Shown in pieces: positions 18,528-28,389 of a stretch of DNA of 64,000 nucleotides. Source of the DNA: Clostridia bacterium. GTDB lineage: Bacteria; Bacillota; Clostridia; Oscillospirales; CAG-272. The position numbers and the translations under genes were made by a program. Within the stretch, counting starts at the first letter, position 1. Each line of letters starts with the position of its first letter. The notes beneath the pieces are model-generated. The model saw only the letters and a list, made by a program, of their open reading frames with translations. It did no database searches and had not been told where the DNA came from. The stretch is taken from NCBI GenBank assembly GCA_017397175.1, contig JAFQKA010000025.1:7501-71500 (forward strand), written 5' to 3'.

Positions 18528-19940
18528 ATGACACAAGAAAGAAAAAACAGAATACTTTCTCCCCGTGAAATGGGAGAATGCAGAGAATATACCGAAAAGA
18601 TGCGGCAGCTCAACGAGGGCAAAGGCAAAAAGGTTTTTGTTCTGACCTTTGGCTGTCAGCAAAATGAAGCGGACAGCGAAAAGCTGGCAGGAATGTCGAT
18701 GGACATGGGCTACACGGTCACAAAGGATCCACATGAGGCAGATCTTATTCTGGTCAACACCTGCGCCATCCGCGAACACGCCGAGAAAAAGGCGCTGTCC
18801 ATTATCGGACAGTACAAACATATAAAGGCGGCAAGACCCGAGACTATGATAGGCGTTTGCGGCTGTATGGTGGTGCAGGAGCACAGGGCAGAGGAGATAA
18901 AGTTCAGATATCCTTACGTAGACTTTATTTTCGGCACGTCAAGTCTTCACCGCTTCCCCAAGTTGCTCTACGATAAGACTACCAAGGGCAAACGGCTTTA
19001 CTGCCCCCAGGAGAGTGAATTTTGTGTTGCCGAGGGTTTGCGTATAAATCGCGAGAGCAATTATCGCGCTTGGGTCAGCATTATGTACGGCTGTAACAAT
19101 TTCTGTTCTTACTGCATAGTCCCCTATGTCCGCGGACGAGAGCGCAGCAGGGAAATGCACGAGATCGTTGCAGAGGTAAGAGATCTTGCACAGCGCGGCT
19201 ACAAGGATATAACGCTTCTCGGACAGAACGTAAATTCTTACGCCAAGGACAGCGAATTTACCTACGATTTTGCCGATCTTATGGCGGAGCTTTCAAAGAT
19301 CGAGGGAGATTTTCTTCTTCGCTTTATGACAAGTCACCCAAAGGACGCTTCAAAAAAGCTTATCGACACCATGGCGCAAAATCCCAAGATCGCACGCCAT
19401 TTCCATCTGCCCATGCAGTCGGGAAGTGACGAGATCCTCGCCAAAATGAACCGCCGTTACGACACGAAAAAATATCTTGAAACGGTGGATTATTTGCGTG
19501 AAAAAATTCCGGGTATCACAATTACCACCGACATCATCGTTGGATTTCCCGGGGAGACCGAGGAGGATTTTGAGGGAACCCTCAATATGCTCCGTCGGGT
19601 GAAATTCGACATGATATATTCCTTTATTTATTCGCCGCGAAAGGGAACTCCCGCGGCGGAAATGGAATGTCAGATACCCGACAGCGTAAAGAGCGAGCGA
19701 TTTAATCGCCTGCTTGCTGTCCAAAATGAGATCGCATTCGAGCTGAACCAACAAGAGGTGGGAAAAACTCTCAGGGTTTTGTGCGACGGTATAAGCAAAA
19801 ATAATGAAAAGGTATACTCGGGTCGAACCGAGGGAAACAAGATTGTTTTCTTTGACGGCGATGAGTCGGACACGGGAAAATATATCAACGTAAAAATCGA
19901 CAGAGCCGAGGCATTTGCGCTCTACGGACAAAAAGTTTAA
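18528..19940 (+). CDS. miaB: tRNA-i6A37 methylthiotransferase
   Basis: 470 aa. UPF0004 cysteines (TFGCQQN, NTCAIRE), radical SAM motif CNNFCSYC, and a TRAM C-terminus. Confidence 0.9.
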   Translation: MTQERKNRILSPREMGECREYTEKMRQLNEGKGKKVFVLTFGCQQNEADSEKLAGMSMDMGYTVTKDPHEADLILVNTCAIREHAEKKALSIIGQYKHIKAARPETMIGVCGCMVVQEHRAEEIKFRYPYVDFIFGTSSLHRFPKLLYDKTTKGKRLYCPQESEFCVAEGLRINRESNYRAWVSIMYGCNNFCSYCIVPYVRGRERSREMHEIVAEVRDLAQRGYKDITLLGQNVNSYAKDSEFTYDFADLMAELSKIEGDFLLRFMTSHPKDASKKLIDTMAQNPKIARHFHLPMQSGSDEILAKMNRRYDTKKYLETVDYLREKIPGITITTDIIVGFPGETEEDFEGTLNMLRRVKFDMIYSFIYSPRKGTPAAEMECQIPDSVKSERFNRLLAVQNEIAFELNQQEVGKTLRVLCDGISKNNEKVYSGRTEGNKIVFFDGDESDTGKYINVKIDRAEAFALYGQKV

Positions 19941-19960
19941 CTTAAAAGGAGAATAAAAAA

Positions 19961-20362
19961 ATGGACAACAGAATCGCAGAACTTGCCGCAGAGCTTGGCA
20001 AGGCTATTAAGGAAGACGAAAGAGTAAAGCATCTCAACGAAACAAAAAAATCGTACGACGAGGACAAGGATCTTCTGAGATACGTTGTGGAATACAACGT
20101 TCAGCAGAAGGCAATGGCAAACGAATTTGAAAAGGGCGATGACCGTGATGAGGTGATCTTAAAGCAAATTCAGAACAGAATCGACGAGCTTTACGACCTT
20201 ATTGTCGGAAACGAGGCTTTCGTTGCCATGAATGCAGCGCAGGAGGCGGTGAACGCATTTATGAACGAGGTGAACGGAATAATCACTCTCAACATCACAG
20301 GTGAGCAGCCCTGCACACACGATTGCAGCTCCTGCCACGCGGATTGCGCGTCAAAGAAGTAA
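19961..20362 (+). CDS. ricA: YlbF/YmcA (RicA-like) family protein with Cys-rich tail
   Basis: 133 aa, helical. Its position between miaB and mutS matches B. subtilis ymcB(miaB)-ymcA. C-terminus CTHDCSSCHADC. Confidence 0.6.
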   Translation: MDNRIAELAAELGKAIKEDERVKHLNETKKSYDEDKDLLRYVVEYNVQQKAMANEFEKGDDRDEVILKQIQNRIDELYDLIVGNEAFVAMNAAQEAVNAFMNEVNGIITLNITGEQPCTHDCSSCHADCASKK

Positions 20363-20393
20363 TTTCTCAATCATAAAAGAGAGGTAAAACGCC

Positions 20394-22985
20394 ATGACTC
20401 CGATGATGGAGCAATATTTTGAGATAAAAAATCAGTATAAGGATTTTCTGCTCTTTTACCGCGTGGGAGATTTTTACGAGATGTTCTTCGACGACGCAAA
20501 AGCGGCGTCGGCGGCAATCGACCTGACACTTACGGGCAAAGACTGGGGTGAGCCGGAGCGCGCACCCATGTGCGGCGTACCGTTTCACGCGGCGGATACA
20601 TATATAGCGAAGCTGATAGCAAAGGGCTTCAAGGTAGCCATCTGCGAGCAGGTGGAGGATCCCGCGACGGCAAAAGGACTTGTGCGCCGTGACGTTATCC
20701 GCGTGGTCACACCGGGAACCCTTCTTGAATCAAGCATGCTGCAGGAAAGTGACAATAACTATCTCTGTGCTATCTACGTGGGCGAGTTTGAATGCGGTGT
20801 CAGTTTTGCGGACGTTTCGACCGGCTCGATTTCCGCCACCACCCTTGACGGCGCGGACATGATAAAGAAGCTGACAAACGAGCTTGGAACCTATTCCCCC
20901 AGTGAAATTATTGTGAATATTCCTCTGTCAGCCGAGCCCGAGCTTGCTCAGTTCATCTCGGCGCGTATGGAGACCTCGGTGACGGATAACCACCCCGATT
21001 GGTTTGAATACGCAAACAGCCGCGCGCTGATAGAAAAACAATTTGCTGATTCTATCCGCGAGAATGTGACAGAGCAAAATGCTGTCGTATGCTCGGCGGG
21101 CGGACTGCTGACTTACGTAAACAACACCCAAAAGGGCGATATCTCCTATATCAAGGAGCTGAGAATTTACAGCGAGGGACAGTATCTTGAAATGGATACC
21201 AACACCCGCCGCAACCTTGAGATCACCGAGACCATGCGCTCAAAGGAAAAGAAAGGCTCTCTGCTTTGGGTCCTTGACAAGACCCGCACGGCGGCGGGGG
21301 CCAGAATGCTTCGCTATTGGGTAGAGCATCCTTTGTTGCGCGTCAGCAGTATAACCGAGCGTCAAAGTGCGGTCCGTGAGCTTTATGATAATTTCATTTT
21401 GCGTGAAGAGCTTGGAGAACTTCTTTCGGGTGTTCTTGACCTTGAAAGACTTATTTCCCGTATCGTTTACGGCTCCGCCACCGCAAAGGATCTGCGCGCG
21501 GTTGCAAATACTGCAAGGGTCATACCGGAAATTAAGGGACAGCTCAGCTCCTGTGAGAGCCGCGAGCTTCACCGCATCTATACAGAGCTTGACGAGCTTG
21601 AGGATATCTGCTCACTTATCAACGCGTCTATCGTTGAGGACCCGCCCTTTACCGTCCGCGACGGCGGCATGATCGCCGACGGCTACAACGCTGACGTTGA
21701 TCAGCTCCGCTCTATCCGAGACAATGGAAAGAGCTGGATCGAAAAGATCGAGGCGGAGGAAAAGGAAGCCACGGGTATAAAGACCCTGAAGGTCAGATAT
21801 AATAAGGTTTTTGGGTACTATATCGAGGTGTCGCAGTCCTTTATTTCAATGGTTCCCGACCATTACATAAGAAAGCAGACCTTGGTCAACTGCGAGCGAT
21901 ACATCACCCAGGACTTAAAGGACAAGGAAGCTACCATTCTGGGCGCGGCAGACAAGCTCTGCTCCCTTGAATACGAGCTTTTCCAGCAGGTGAGAACGGC
22001 TGTTGCCGCCTGCAGTACACGTATACAGGAGACGGCGGCACGTCTGGCAGAACTTGACGTTTACCGCTCTCTTGCCACCGTTGCGGCACGAAACAAATAC
22101 GTTTGTCCCGAGGTAAACAGCGGCAGCCGTATCTTTATTAAAGATGGACGCCACCCTGTGGTAGAGCAGTTCACCCGCGACACTTATTTTGTTCCCAACG
22201 ACGTGGATATCGACTCGGCCTCTGACCGACTTATGCTTATAACAGGCCCCAATATGGCAGGTAAGTCCACCTATATGAGACAGGTGGCGCTTATCACCGT
22301 CATGGCGCAGATAGGCTCGTTCGTTCCCGCATCCGATGCGGAGATCGGCATTGTTGACAAGGTGTTCACACGAGTTGGAGCATCGGACGACCTGGCATCG
22401 GGACAGTCCACCTTTATGCTTGAGATGAACGAGGTGGCGTATATCTTAAAGAATGCCACGAGAAAATCCCTCATCGTCTATGACGAGATCGGACGGGGTA
22501 CGAGCACATTTGACGGCATGAGTATTGCCCGCGCTATCGCGGAGTTTACCAATAGCTCAAAGATCGGTGCAAAGACACTTTTTGCTACCCACTATCACGA
22601 GCTTACCAGCCTTGAAGACGAGTTTGACGGCATCGTAAACTATAACATCGCCGCAAAGAAGCGCGGGGACAATATCACGTTCCTGCGTAAGATAGTCCGC
22701 GGCTCTACCGACGACAGCTACGGTATCGAGGTCGCAAAGCTGGCAGGCGTGCCGGGTGAGGTGGTAAAGCGCGCAAAGCAGATACTCGCAACAATTGAAA
22801 GCGGTTCGGGTATCGTGACCTCCCGCTCCGAGCGTCCCGTTGAGGCAGAGGACGACAGTCTCATCAGCATCGACGACACGTTGCGCGCACAGGCGATGGA
22901 GGAATTGAAAAATATCGACCTCAACATGATCTCACCCTACGAGGCAATGCAACTTCTCTATGAAATTCAGAAGAAGCTGAAATAA
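20394..22985 (+). CDS. mutS: DNA mismatch repair protein MutS
   Basis: 863 aa. TPMMEQYFEIKNQY, Walker A GPNMAGKST, and STFMLEMNE. Confidence 0.97.
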   Translation: MTPMMEQYFEIKNQYKDFLLFYRVGDFYEMFFDDAKAASAAIDLTLTGKDWGEPERAPMCGVPFHAADTYIAKLIAKGFKVAICEQVEDPATAKGLVRRDVIRVVTPGTLLESSMLQESDNNYLCAIYVGEFECGVSFADVSTGSISATTLDGADMIKKLTNELGTYSPSEIIVNIPLSAEPELAQFISARMETSVTDNHPDWFEYANSRALIEKQFADSIRENVTEQNAVVCSAGGLLTYVNNTQKGDISYIKELRIYSEGQYLEMDTNTRRNLEITETMRSKEKKGSLLWVLDKTRTAAGARMLRYWVEHPLLRVSSITERQSAVRELYDNFILREELGELLSGVLDLERLISRIVYGSATAKDLRAVANTARVIPEIKGQLSSCESRELHRIYTELDELEDICSLINASIVEDPPFTVRDGGMIADGYNADVDQLRSIRDNGKSWIEKIEAEEKEATGIKTLKVRYNKVFGYYIEVSQSFISMVPDHYIRKQTLVNCERYITQDLKDKEATILGAADKLCSLEYELFQQVRTAVAACSTRIQETAARLAELDVYRSLATVAARNKYVCPEVNSGSRIFIKDGRHPVVEQFTRDTYFVPNDVDIDSASDRLMLITGPNMAGKSTYMRQVALITVMAQIGSFVPASDAEIGIVDKVFTRVGASDDLASGQSTFMLEMNEVAYILKNATRKSLIVYDEIGRGTSTFDGMSIARAIAEFTNSSKIGAKTLFATHYHELTSLEDEFDGIVNYNIAAKKRGDNITFLRKIVRGSTDDSYGIEVAKLAGVPGEVVKRAKQILATIESGSGIVTSRSERPVEAEDDSLISIDDTLRAQAMEELKNIDLNMISPYEAMQLLYEIQKKLK

Positions 22986-23018
22986 AACAAGGAAAGGAAG
23001 GCCCGACGGGCAAATATT

Positions 23019-24986
23019 ATGGGAAAAATAAACGTTCTCAGCTTCGCTGTGGCTAACCTTATAGCCGCAGGCGAGGTGGTTGACAGACCTGCCTCCGTTA
23101 TCAAGGAGCTTGTTGAAAACTCCATAGATGCGGGCGCGGACAGGATAACCGTCGAGATACAGAACGGCGGAATATCCTATATGCGCGTCACCGACAACGG
23201 CTGCGGAATCTCAAAGGAAGATCTGCCCGTGGCATTGCGTCGTCACGCCACAAGTAAAATAAAGGACGCAGAGGATCTGGAGGCTATCATTTCATTGGGC
23301 TTCCGCGGAGAGGCTTTGGCGGCTATTTCCTCTGTCGCAAACGTCCGAATCGTGTCAAAAACCAAGGACAGTGAGCTTGGCGCGGCACTTGAGGCTCACG
23401 GAGGAGTGGTGGTCGGCGTTACCGAACGGGCTTGCTCGGAGGGTACGAGCATTATCGTGGAGGACCTTTTCTATAACGTGCCCGCACGAAGAAAATTCCT
23501 GAAAAAGAATATAACCGAGGGCATGGCTGTGGTCAGCTGTGTTGAGCGCGTGTCCCTGTCCCACCCTGAAATTGCCTTCCGACTGATCTCGGACGGTAAC
23601 GTCAAGCTTGAAACCATGGGCGATGGTAAGCTTCACTCGGCTATCTATTCTGTTTTCGGACGTGATTTTGCAACTCGTCTTATTCCCGTGCAGGGGAGCA
23701 GCGAGGGTATCGAGATCACGGGCTACATAGGACGCTCGGATAACGTGAAAGCCAACCGAAATTTCCAAAATTTCTTTATCAACGGCAGATACGTTAAAAG
23801 TAAGACCGCCATGGCGGCGATCGAACAAGCGTTTTCATCTTACATTCCCCCCGAAAAATTCCCGTGTTGCGTGCTTTTTGTAAAGATTGACCCCCGTTGC
23901 GTGGACGTGAACGTTCATCCCTCTAAATTGGAGATAAAATTTTCAAATGAGAAGGCGGTTTTCGAGGCTGTCTACTATTCGGTGCGTAACGCCCTTGAAA
24001 AGAACACCACCCGTCCCGAGGTTCGCCTTGAAAACGGCAGGATCTCGGCACAGGACTACCGGAATATGTCAGGCGCACAGCCTCAAAAAAAGCCAAACGC
24101 GCTCAATGCTTTTGCGCCTATTCCCGACAAGTCGGTGAAACCCGAGCAGATAAAAATGTCAACGTCGGTGAAAGAAAAAACGCGCATTGTGCCTGTTCCC
24201 GCGTGGCAAAATCCTGTTCCGACACCAAAGACTGTTGAAACAGGCAAGGAAAATGCGGCGGAAAAGTTTTCTTTCGGCTCACCTAAAATTGATTTTACTC
24301 CGAAATCGGTCGAAATTCCTCCCGTAGAGGAAAAAATTGAACACGTAAAGGTGGAGAAGACTGCGCCGACCATTCCTCCAAAAGAAGAGGAGCCTGAGAG
24401 AGAAATCCCACCGTACAGGATCATCGGCGAGGCGTTCAATTCTTACGTTTTTATTGATTTGGGCGAAAAAATGCTGGTGGTCGACAAGCATGCCGCCCAC
24501 GAACGCATAATATTTGAGCACTTTAAAAAGATAATGGACAAGGGCGAGCAGGCGTCCCAAATGCTTATGCTGCCTGTGAAGATCAATTTTACACGGGAGG
24601 AGATCGCCGCACTTGAGGAGTATCGAGGCGAGATCGAATCTGCGGGCTTCACTTTTGAAACCGAGGAAAATGTGGTAAACGTGCAGTCCTTCCCCGTGGG
24701 AATTGAAGCTTCTGCTATCTCCGATATCTTCGGGGAATTTGCTACGGGTCTGCTGACAGACAGCGCAAGCGTCAGTATAACCCGTCAGTTTGCCTTTGAA
24801 AAGGCACTGTACCAGGCGTCATGTAAAGCAGCCATAAAGGCAGGTCGACAGTACCCCGAAGAGCATATAAAATGGCTATGCCAAAAGCTCATGGAGCTTC
24901 CCGATATTACTTTTTGCCCTCACGGACGTCCCGTTGCCATTGAAATGACGAAAAATATGCTCGACCATCAATTTGAGCGACTTTAA
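23019..24986 (+). CDS. mutL: DNA mismatch repair protein MutL
   Basis: 655 aa. IAAGEVVDRPASVIKELVENSIDAG, plus the C-terminal endonuclease motif DKHAAHERI and CPHGRP. Confidence 0.95.
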   Translation: MGKINVLSFAVANLIAAGEVVDRPASVIKELVENSIDAGADRITVEIQNGGISYMRVTDNGCGISKEDLPVALRRHATSKIKDAEDLEAIISLGFRGEALAAISSVANVRIVSKTKDSELGAALEAHGGVVVGVTERACSEGTSIIVEDLFYNVPARRKFLKKNITEGMAVVSCVERVSLSHPEIAFRLISDGNVKLETMGDGKLHSAIYSVFGRDFATRLIPVQGSSEGIEITGYIGRSDNVKANRNFQNFFINGRYVKSKTAMAAIEQAFSSYIPPEKFPCCVLFVKIDPRCVDVNVHPSKLEIKFSNEKAVFEAVYYSVRNALEKNTTRPEVRLENGRISAQDYRNMSGAQPQKKPNALNAFAPIPDKSVKPEQIKMSTSVKEKTRIVPVPAWQNPVPTPKTVETGKENAAEKFSFGSPKIDFTPKSVEIPPVEEKIEHVKVEKTAPTIPPKEEEPEREIPPYRIIGEAFNSYVFIDLGEKMLVVDKHAAHERIIFEHFKKIMDKGEQASQMLMLPVKINFTREEIAALEEYRGEIESAGFTFETEENVVNVQSFPVGIEASAISDIFGEFATGLLTDSASVSITRQFAFEKALYQASCKAAIKAGRQYPEEHIKWLCQKLMELPDITFCPHGRPVAIEMTKNMLDHQFERL

Positions 24987-25028
24987 ACCAATCGAAAGGA
25001 AAACCCTGTGTAGCAGGGAACAATAAAT

Positions 25029-26165
25029 ATGTTTGACCTTATCAAGACCGAGGGCAGAGCAAGACGCGGTTGCCTTCACACCGTTCACGGTGACATTCAG
25101 ACCCCTGTTTTTATGAACGTAGGCACCTGTGCCGCAATCAAGGGCGGAGTTTCCACTATGGATCTGATCGACCTTAACTGCCAGGTGGAGCTTTCAAACA
25201 CTTATCATCTGCACCTGCGTCCCGGTGACACGCTTATCCGCGATATGGGCGGAATCCATAAGTTTTTTAACTGGAACAAGCCCGTTTTGACCGACAGCGG
25301 TGGATTTCAGGTGTTCTCCCTTTCCCAGCTTCGCAAGATCACGGAAGAAGGCGTAAAATTTGCCTCGCATATTGACGGAAAGCGTATTTTTATGGGACCC
25401 GAGGAGAGTATGCAGATCCAGTCCAATCTGGCGTCAACCATTGCTATGGCGTTTGACGAGTGCATTGAAAACCCCGCCCCCTACGATTACGTAAAGAACT
25501 CCTGCGACCGCACCGCACGCTGGCTCGTTCGCTGTAAGAACGAGATGAACCGCCTGAACTCTCTGCCCGAGACCATCAATAAAAATCAGATGCTTTTCGG
25601 CATCAATCAGGGCGGTGTTTACGAGGATCTGAGAATCGAGCATATGCACACCATTGCCGAGCTTGATCTTGACGGCTATGCTATCGGCGGTCTTGCCGTT
25701 GGTGAGGAGACCGAGGAGATGTACCGCATAATCGACGCGGTAGAACCTCATATGCCAAAAAACAAGCCCAGATACCTCATGGGCGTGGGAACTCCCTGCA
25801 ACATTCTTGAGGCTGTCCACATGGGCGTTGACTTCTTTGACTGCGTAATGCCCAGCCGTAATGCACGCCACGGAAATCTTTTCACATGGCACGGTAAAAT
25901 GAACCTGTGTAACGAAAAATATGCCCGCGACCCCCGTCCTTTTGACGAGAACTGCGGTTGTCCCGCTTGCCGTCATTACAGCCGTTCCTATGTGCGCCAT
26001 CTGATCAAGGCAAAGGAATCCCTTGGTATGAGGCTGGCGGTCATGCACAACCTTTATTTCTACAACGAGCTGACCCAAAAGATCCGCGATGCACTTGACG
26101 GTGGATATTTTGAGAGCTTCTATCAGAAGTACAGAGCAATTCTCGGGGAACGCTCCGAAAGCTGA
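25029..26165 (+). CDS. tgt: queuine tRNA-ribosyltransferase
   Basis: 378 aa. LTDSGGFQV, and the zinc site CGCPACRHYSRSYVRHL. Confidence 0.95.
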   Translation: MFDLIKTEGRARRGCLHTVHGDIQTPVFMNVGTCAAIKGGVSTMDLIDLNCQVELSNTYHLHLRPGDTLIRDMGGIHKFFNWNKPVLTDSGGFQVFSLSQLRKITEEGVKFASHIDGKRIFMGPEESMQIQSNLASTIAMAFDECIENPAPYDYVKNSCDRTARWLVRCKNEMNRLNSLPETINKNQMLFGINQGGVYEDLRIEHMHTIAELDLDGYAIGGLAVGEETEEMYRIIDAVEPHMPKNKPRYLMGVGTPCNILEAVHMGVDFFDCVMPSRNARHGNLFTWHGKMNLCNEKYARDPRPFDENCGCPACRHYSRSYVRHLIKAKESLGMRLAVMHNLYFYNELTQKIRDALDGGYFESFYQKYRAILGERSES

Positions 26166-26842
26166 TGAAAAACAAAAAGCTTTATATAATTTTGTCGGTA
26201 GCCGTTCTCAGCATTGTCATGAATCTGGTGGACGGGGTGCTGACACCGCCTTACGCGGTAAAATCCGCCTTGAAGCTATTGCTTTTTGTCGGTGTTCCGC
26301 TTGTTTACTACTTGACCGACCCCGAGGAAAGAAAAGTTCTTAAAAAGATGCTTATCCCCGACAAAAAGGGACTTGCGCTGTCGATCCCCTTGGGGGCAGG
26401 GTGCATTGCCGTAATACTTGGTGCATTCTTTCTTTTGCGCGGCACGGTTGATTTTTCGGGTATTACCAAAAGCCTCACGGGGGATAGCGGAATAACGGCG
26501 GAAAATTTCGTTTTCGTTGCTCTGTATATATCCTTTATCAATTCTTTTCTTGAAGAATTTTTCTTCCGGGGATTTGCGTTTGTCACTCTGAAAAGACACG
26601 TGTCAAAAAAGACTTCCTACCTTGTAAGCGCGTTCTTTTTTGCCTTTTATCACGTGGGAATGACCTTGACCTGGCTTCCTTTCCCCGTATTTATGGCAGA
26701 GCTTCTCGGATTGACGGTGGGCGGATTCATTTTCGACCGCCTGTGCGAAAAGAGTGAGACCGTGTACCCGTCGTATATAGTACATATGTGCTGTAATTTC
26801 GGCATAAATCTTATCGGGTTTATGCTTTTTGGAATAATATAA
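26165..26842 (+). CDS. CPBP family intramembrane glutamic endopeptidase
   Basis: Polytopic. EEFFFRG, FYHV and IVHMCCN motifs. Confidence 0.8.
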   Translation: MKNKKLYIILSVAVLSIVMNLVDGVLTPPYAVKSALKLLLFVGVPLVYYLTDPEERKVLKKMLIPDKKGLALSIPLGAGCIAVILGAFFLLRGTVDFSGITKSLTGDSGITAENFVFVALYISFINSFLEEFFFRGFAFVTLKRHVSKKTSYLVSAFFFAFYHVGMTLTWLPFPVFMAELLGLTVGGFIFDRLCEKSETVYPSYIVHMCCNFGINLIGFMLFGII

Positions 26843-26878
26843 AAGACAGAGAACCTTTTCGTTCTCTGTCTTTTATTT
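26841..26878. terminator. bidirectional terminator (CPBP gene / spo0A)
   Basis: AAAAGACAGAGAAC-CTTTTC-GTTCTCTGTCTTTTATTTTT. Confidence 0.8.
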
Positions 26879-27676
26879 TTATCTGTACATTTTGTATCTC
26901 AGTCTCAGGTTGTCTGCGATCATGGCGATAAATTCAGAGTTTGTGGGCTTACCTCGGTTGTTCTGGATCGTGTAACCGAAATAGGAGTTGAGAGTGTCCA
27001 CGTCGCCGCGATCCCATGCCACCTCGATGGCATGGCGAATGGCACGCTCGACACGGGAAGTGGTGGTCGAATATTTCTTTGCAACGGAAGGATAGAGTAT
27101 CTTTGTGACCGAATTGATGATATCGCTGTCGCTGACGGTCAGTAGAATGGCAGTGCGGAGATATTGATAGCCTTTGATATGTGCAGGAACGCCGATCTGA
27201 TGAATGATCTGTGTCACCTGTGCCTCCATATCGGCTGTGTCGGGAGAGGACTTTTCAGTTGTTGAATTTGATTTTCTTCGGGAAGCGCAGATACTGTCAA
27301 GGTGGCGTAAAAGACTCTCCGTGTCGAAGGGACGGAGCAGACAAAGCTCTGCTCCTGCCGCCGATGCTTCGATGAAGGTATTTTGATTTGAGACGGCGGA
27401 AAGTACAACGAAGGATGTGGGCCTGTCCTGACCGAAATCAAGAGCTGCGGAGTTGCGTAATACGCCGATGCCGTCGATCTTTGAAAGCCACACGTCGATG
27501 AGTGCCACGTCAGGGTGGATCCTTCCGATCTTTATAAGAGCTTCCTCACCGTTTGATGCCTCCTCTATATTTCGGAATCCTGCGCGGCGAAGCTGTTCGC
27601 ATATCTGTGTGCGGGATCTTGCGTCCTCGTCCGCCACGAGTATTTTTGCGTTTTTTGTTTCTTGTCTGAGTTCCAT
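26879..27676 (-). CDS. spo0A: sporulation master regulator Spo0A
   Basis: Trimmed to the ATG at 27676 (GGAG then 7 nt). Receiver domain plus the Spo0A-specific C-terminus [12 protein letters not shown]...[33 protein letters not shown]...[13 protein letters not shown]. Confidence 0.92.
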   Translation of the reverse strand: MELRQETKNAKILVADEDARSRTQICEQLRRAGFRNIEEASNGEEALIKIGRIHPDVALIDVWLSKIDGIGVLRNSAALDFGQDRPTSFVVLSAVSNQNTFIEASAAGAELCLLRPFDTESLLRHLDSICASRRKSNSTTEKSSPDTADMEAQVTQIIHQIGVPAHIKGYQYLRTAILLTVSDSDIINSVTKILYPSVAKKYSTTTSRVERAIRHAIEVAWDRGDVDTLNSYFGYTIQNNRGKPTNSEFIAMIADNLRLRYKMYR

Positions 27677-27731
27677 TATTTTCTCCGTTCTGCCATATGG
27701 CAATTTTATGCGTTATTTTTATTACACCCAT

Positions 27732-27760
27732 ATTTTACCATATTCTGGAAATTATTGCAA
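27732..27760 (-). promoter_or_regulatory. candidate sigma-A promoter of spo0A
   Basis: On the minus strand, TTGCAA, a 17-nt spacer ending in TGG, then TAAAAT (extended -10). Confidence 0.4.
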
Positions 27761-27801
27761 GACATTTTCCAAAATTTTCCAACCAAAAAGTAGACAAAAA
27801 T

Positions 27802-27832
27802 AATTGGTAAAAACTGTAAATTTTTACCAATT
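27802..27832. repeat. perfect 12-bp inverted repeat upstream of spo0A
   Basis: AATTGGTAAAAA-ctgtaaa-TTTTTACCAATT. Confidence 0.6.
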
Positions 27833-27892
27833 TTACCCTATTTAGTGTATCGAGGGACAAAAAGCCTCTATATTTTGTGTTTTTCGACCTTT

Positions 27893-27930
27893 AAAGAAGA
27901 AAAAAAGAGAAGGGCGTCGCGCCCTTGCTC
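27893..27930 (-). terminator. intrinsic terminator ending the long lon...rluB minus-strand gene run
   Basis: Minus-strand RNA GAGCAAGGGCG-CGA-CGCCCUUCUC followed by UUUUUUUCUUCUUU. Confidence 0.8.
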
Positions 27931-27939
27931 TTTTGGTAA

Positions 27940-28356
27940 TTATTTGTCGGAAAAATCGGGAGTTTTCATGGGGTGATGCTTGCAGGGAGCTGTGAAAAAG
28001 TCGGTAAGATCAACAAAATATTTTCCCTGTTCGTTCAGTTCAAATCCGATGGATTTAATAATATCATCATCGGTAAAATTTGGGTCTTCAAAATATGCGC
28101 TGTGTACTCCCGCTAAGTCGATAAAATTAAGTGAAGCCCGTCCCAAGAGGAATAAAACCTCAAAATCCTTTTCTCCGACGCAGGCAATGGAACGGATTAT
28201 TCCGCCATTCGGCGTCATGGCAAACTGACATATTCCTCTCAATTCGTCGTCGACGGTGGCCGCGTAGGCCATAGCTCTCACGTCGTATTCAACACCGCAG
28301 ATGCGGCAGATCTCTTCCTGTTCTTTTTTTGTCTGAATGGGTAAAACCTTTATCAT
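27940..28356 (-). CDS. hypothetical protein (weakly GNAT-like, unverified)
   Basis: 138 aa with no signal peptide. Only a vague resemblance to small acetyltransferase-fold proteins. Confidence 0.4.
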   Translation of the reverse strand: MIKVLPIQTKKEQEEICRICGVEYDVRAMAYAATVDDELRGICQFAMTPNGGIIRSIACVGEKDFEVLFLLGRASLNFIDLAGVHSAYFEDPNFTDDDIIKSIGFELNEQGKYFVDLTDFFTAPCKHHPMKTPDFSDK

Positions 28357-28389
28357 TTCAAAAACCTTTCATTTATATATAGGGCGTTT

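Noticed and set aside
27732-27800. Sigma-H type promoter for spo0A
   Set aside because: GGAAAAT and GAATAT strings exist, but they are separated by about 18 nt instead of about 14, so this is not convincing. A sigma-A-like TTGCAA-17-TAAAAT fits better.
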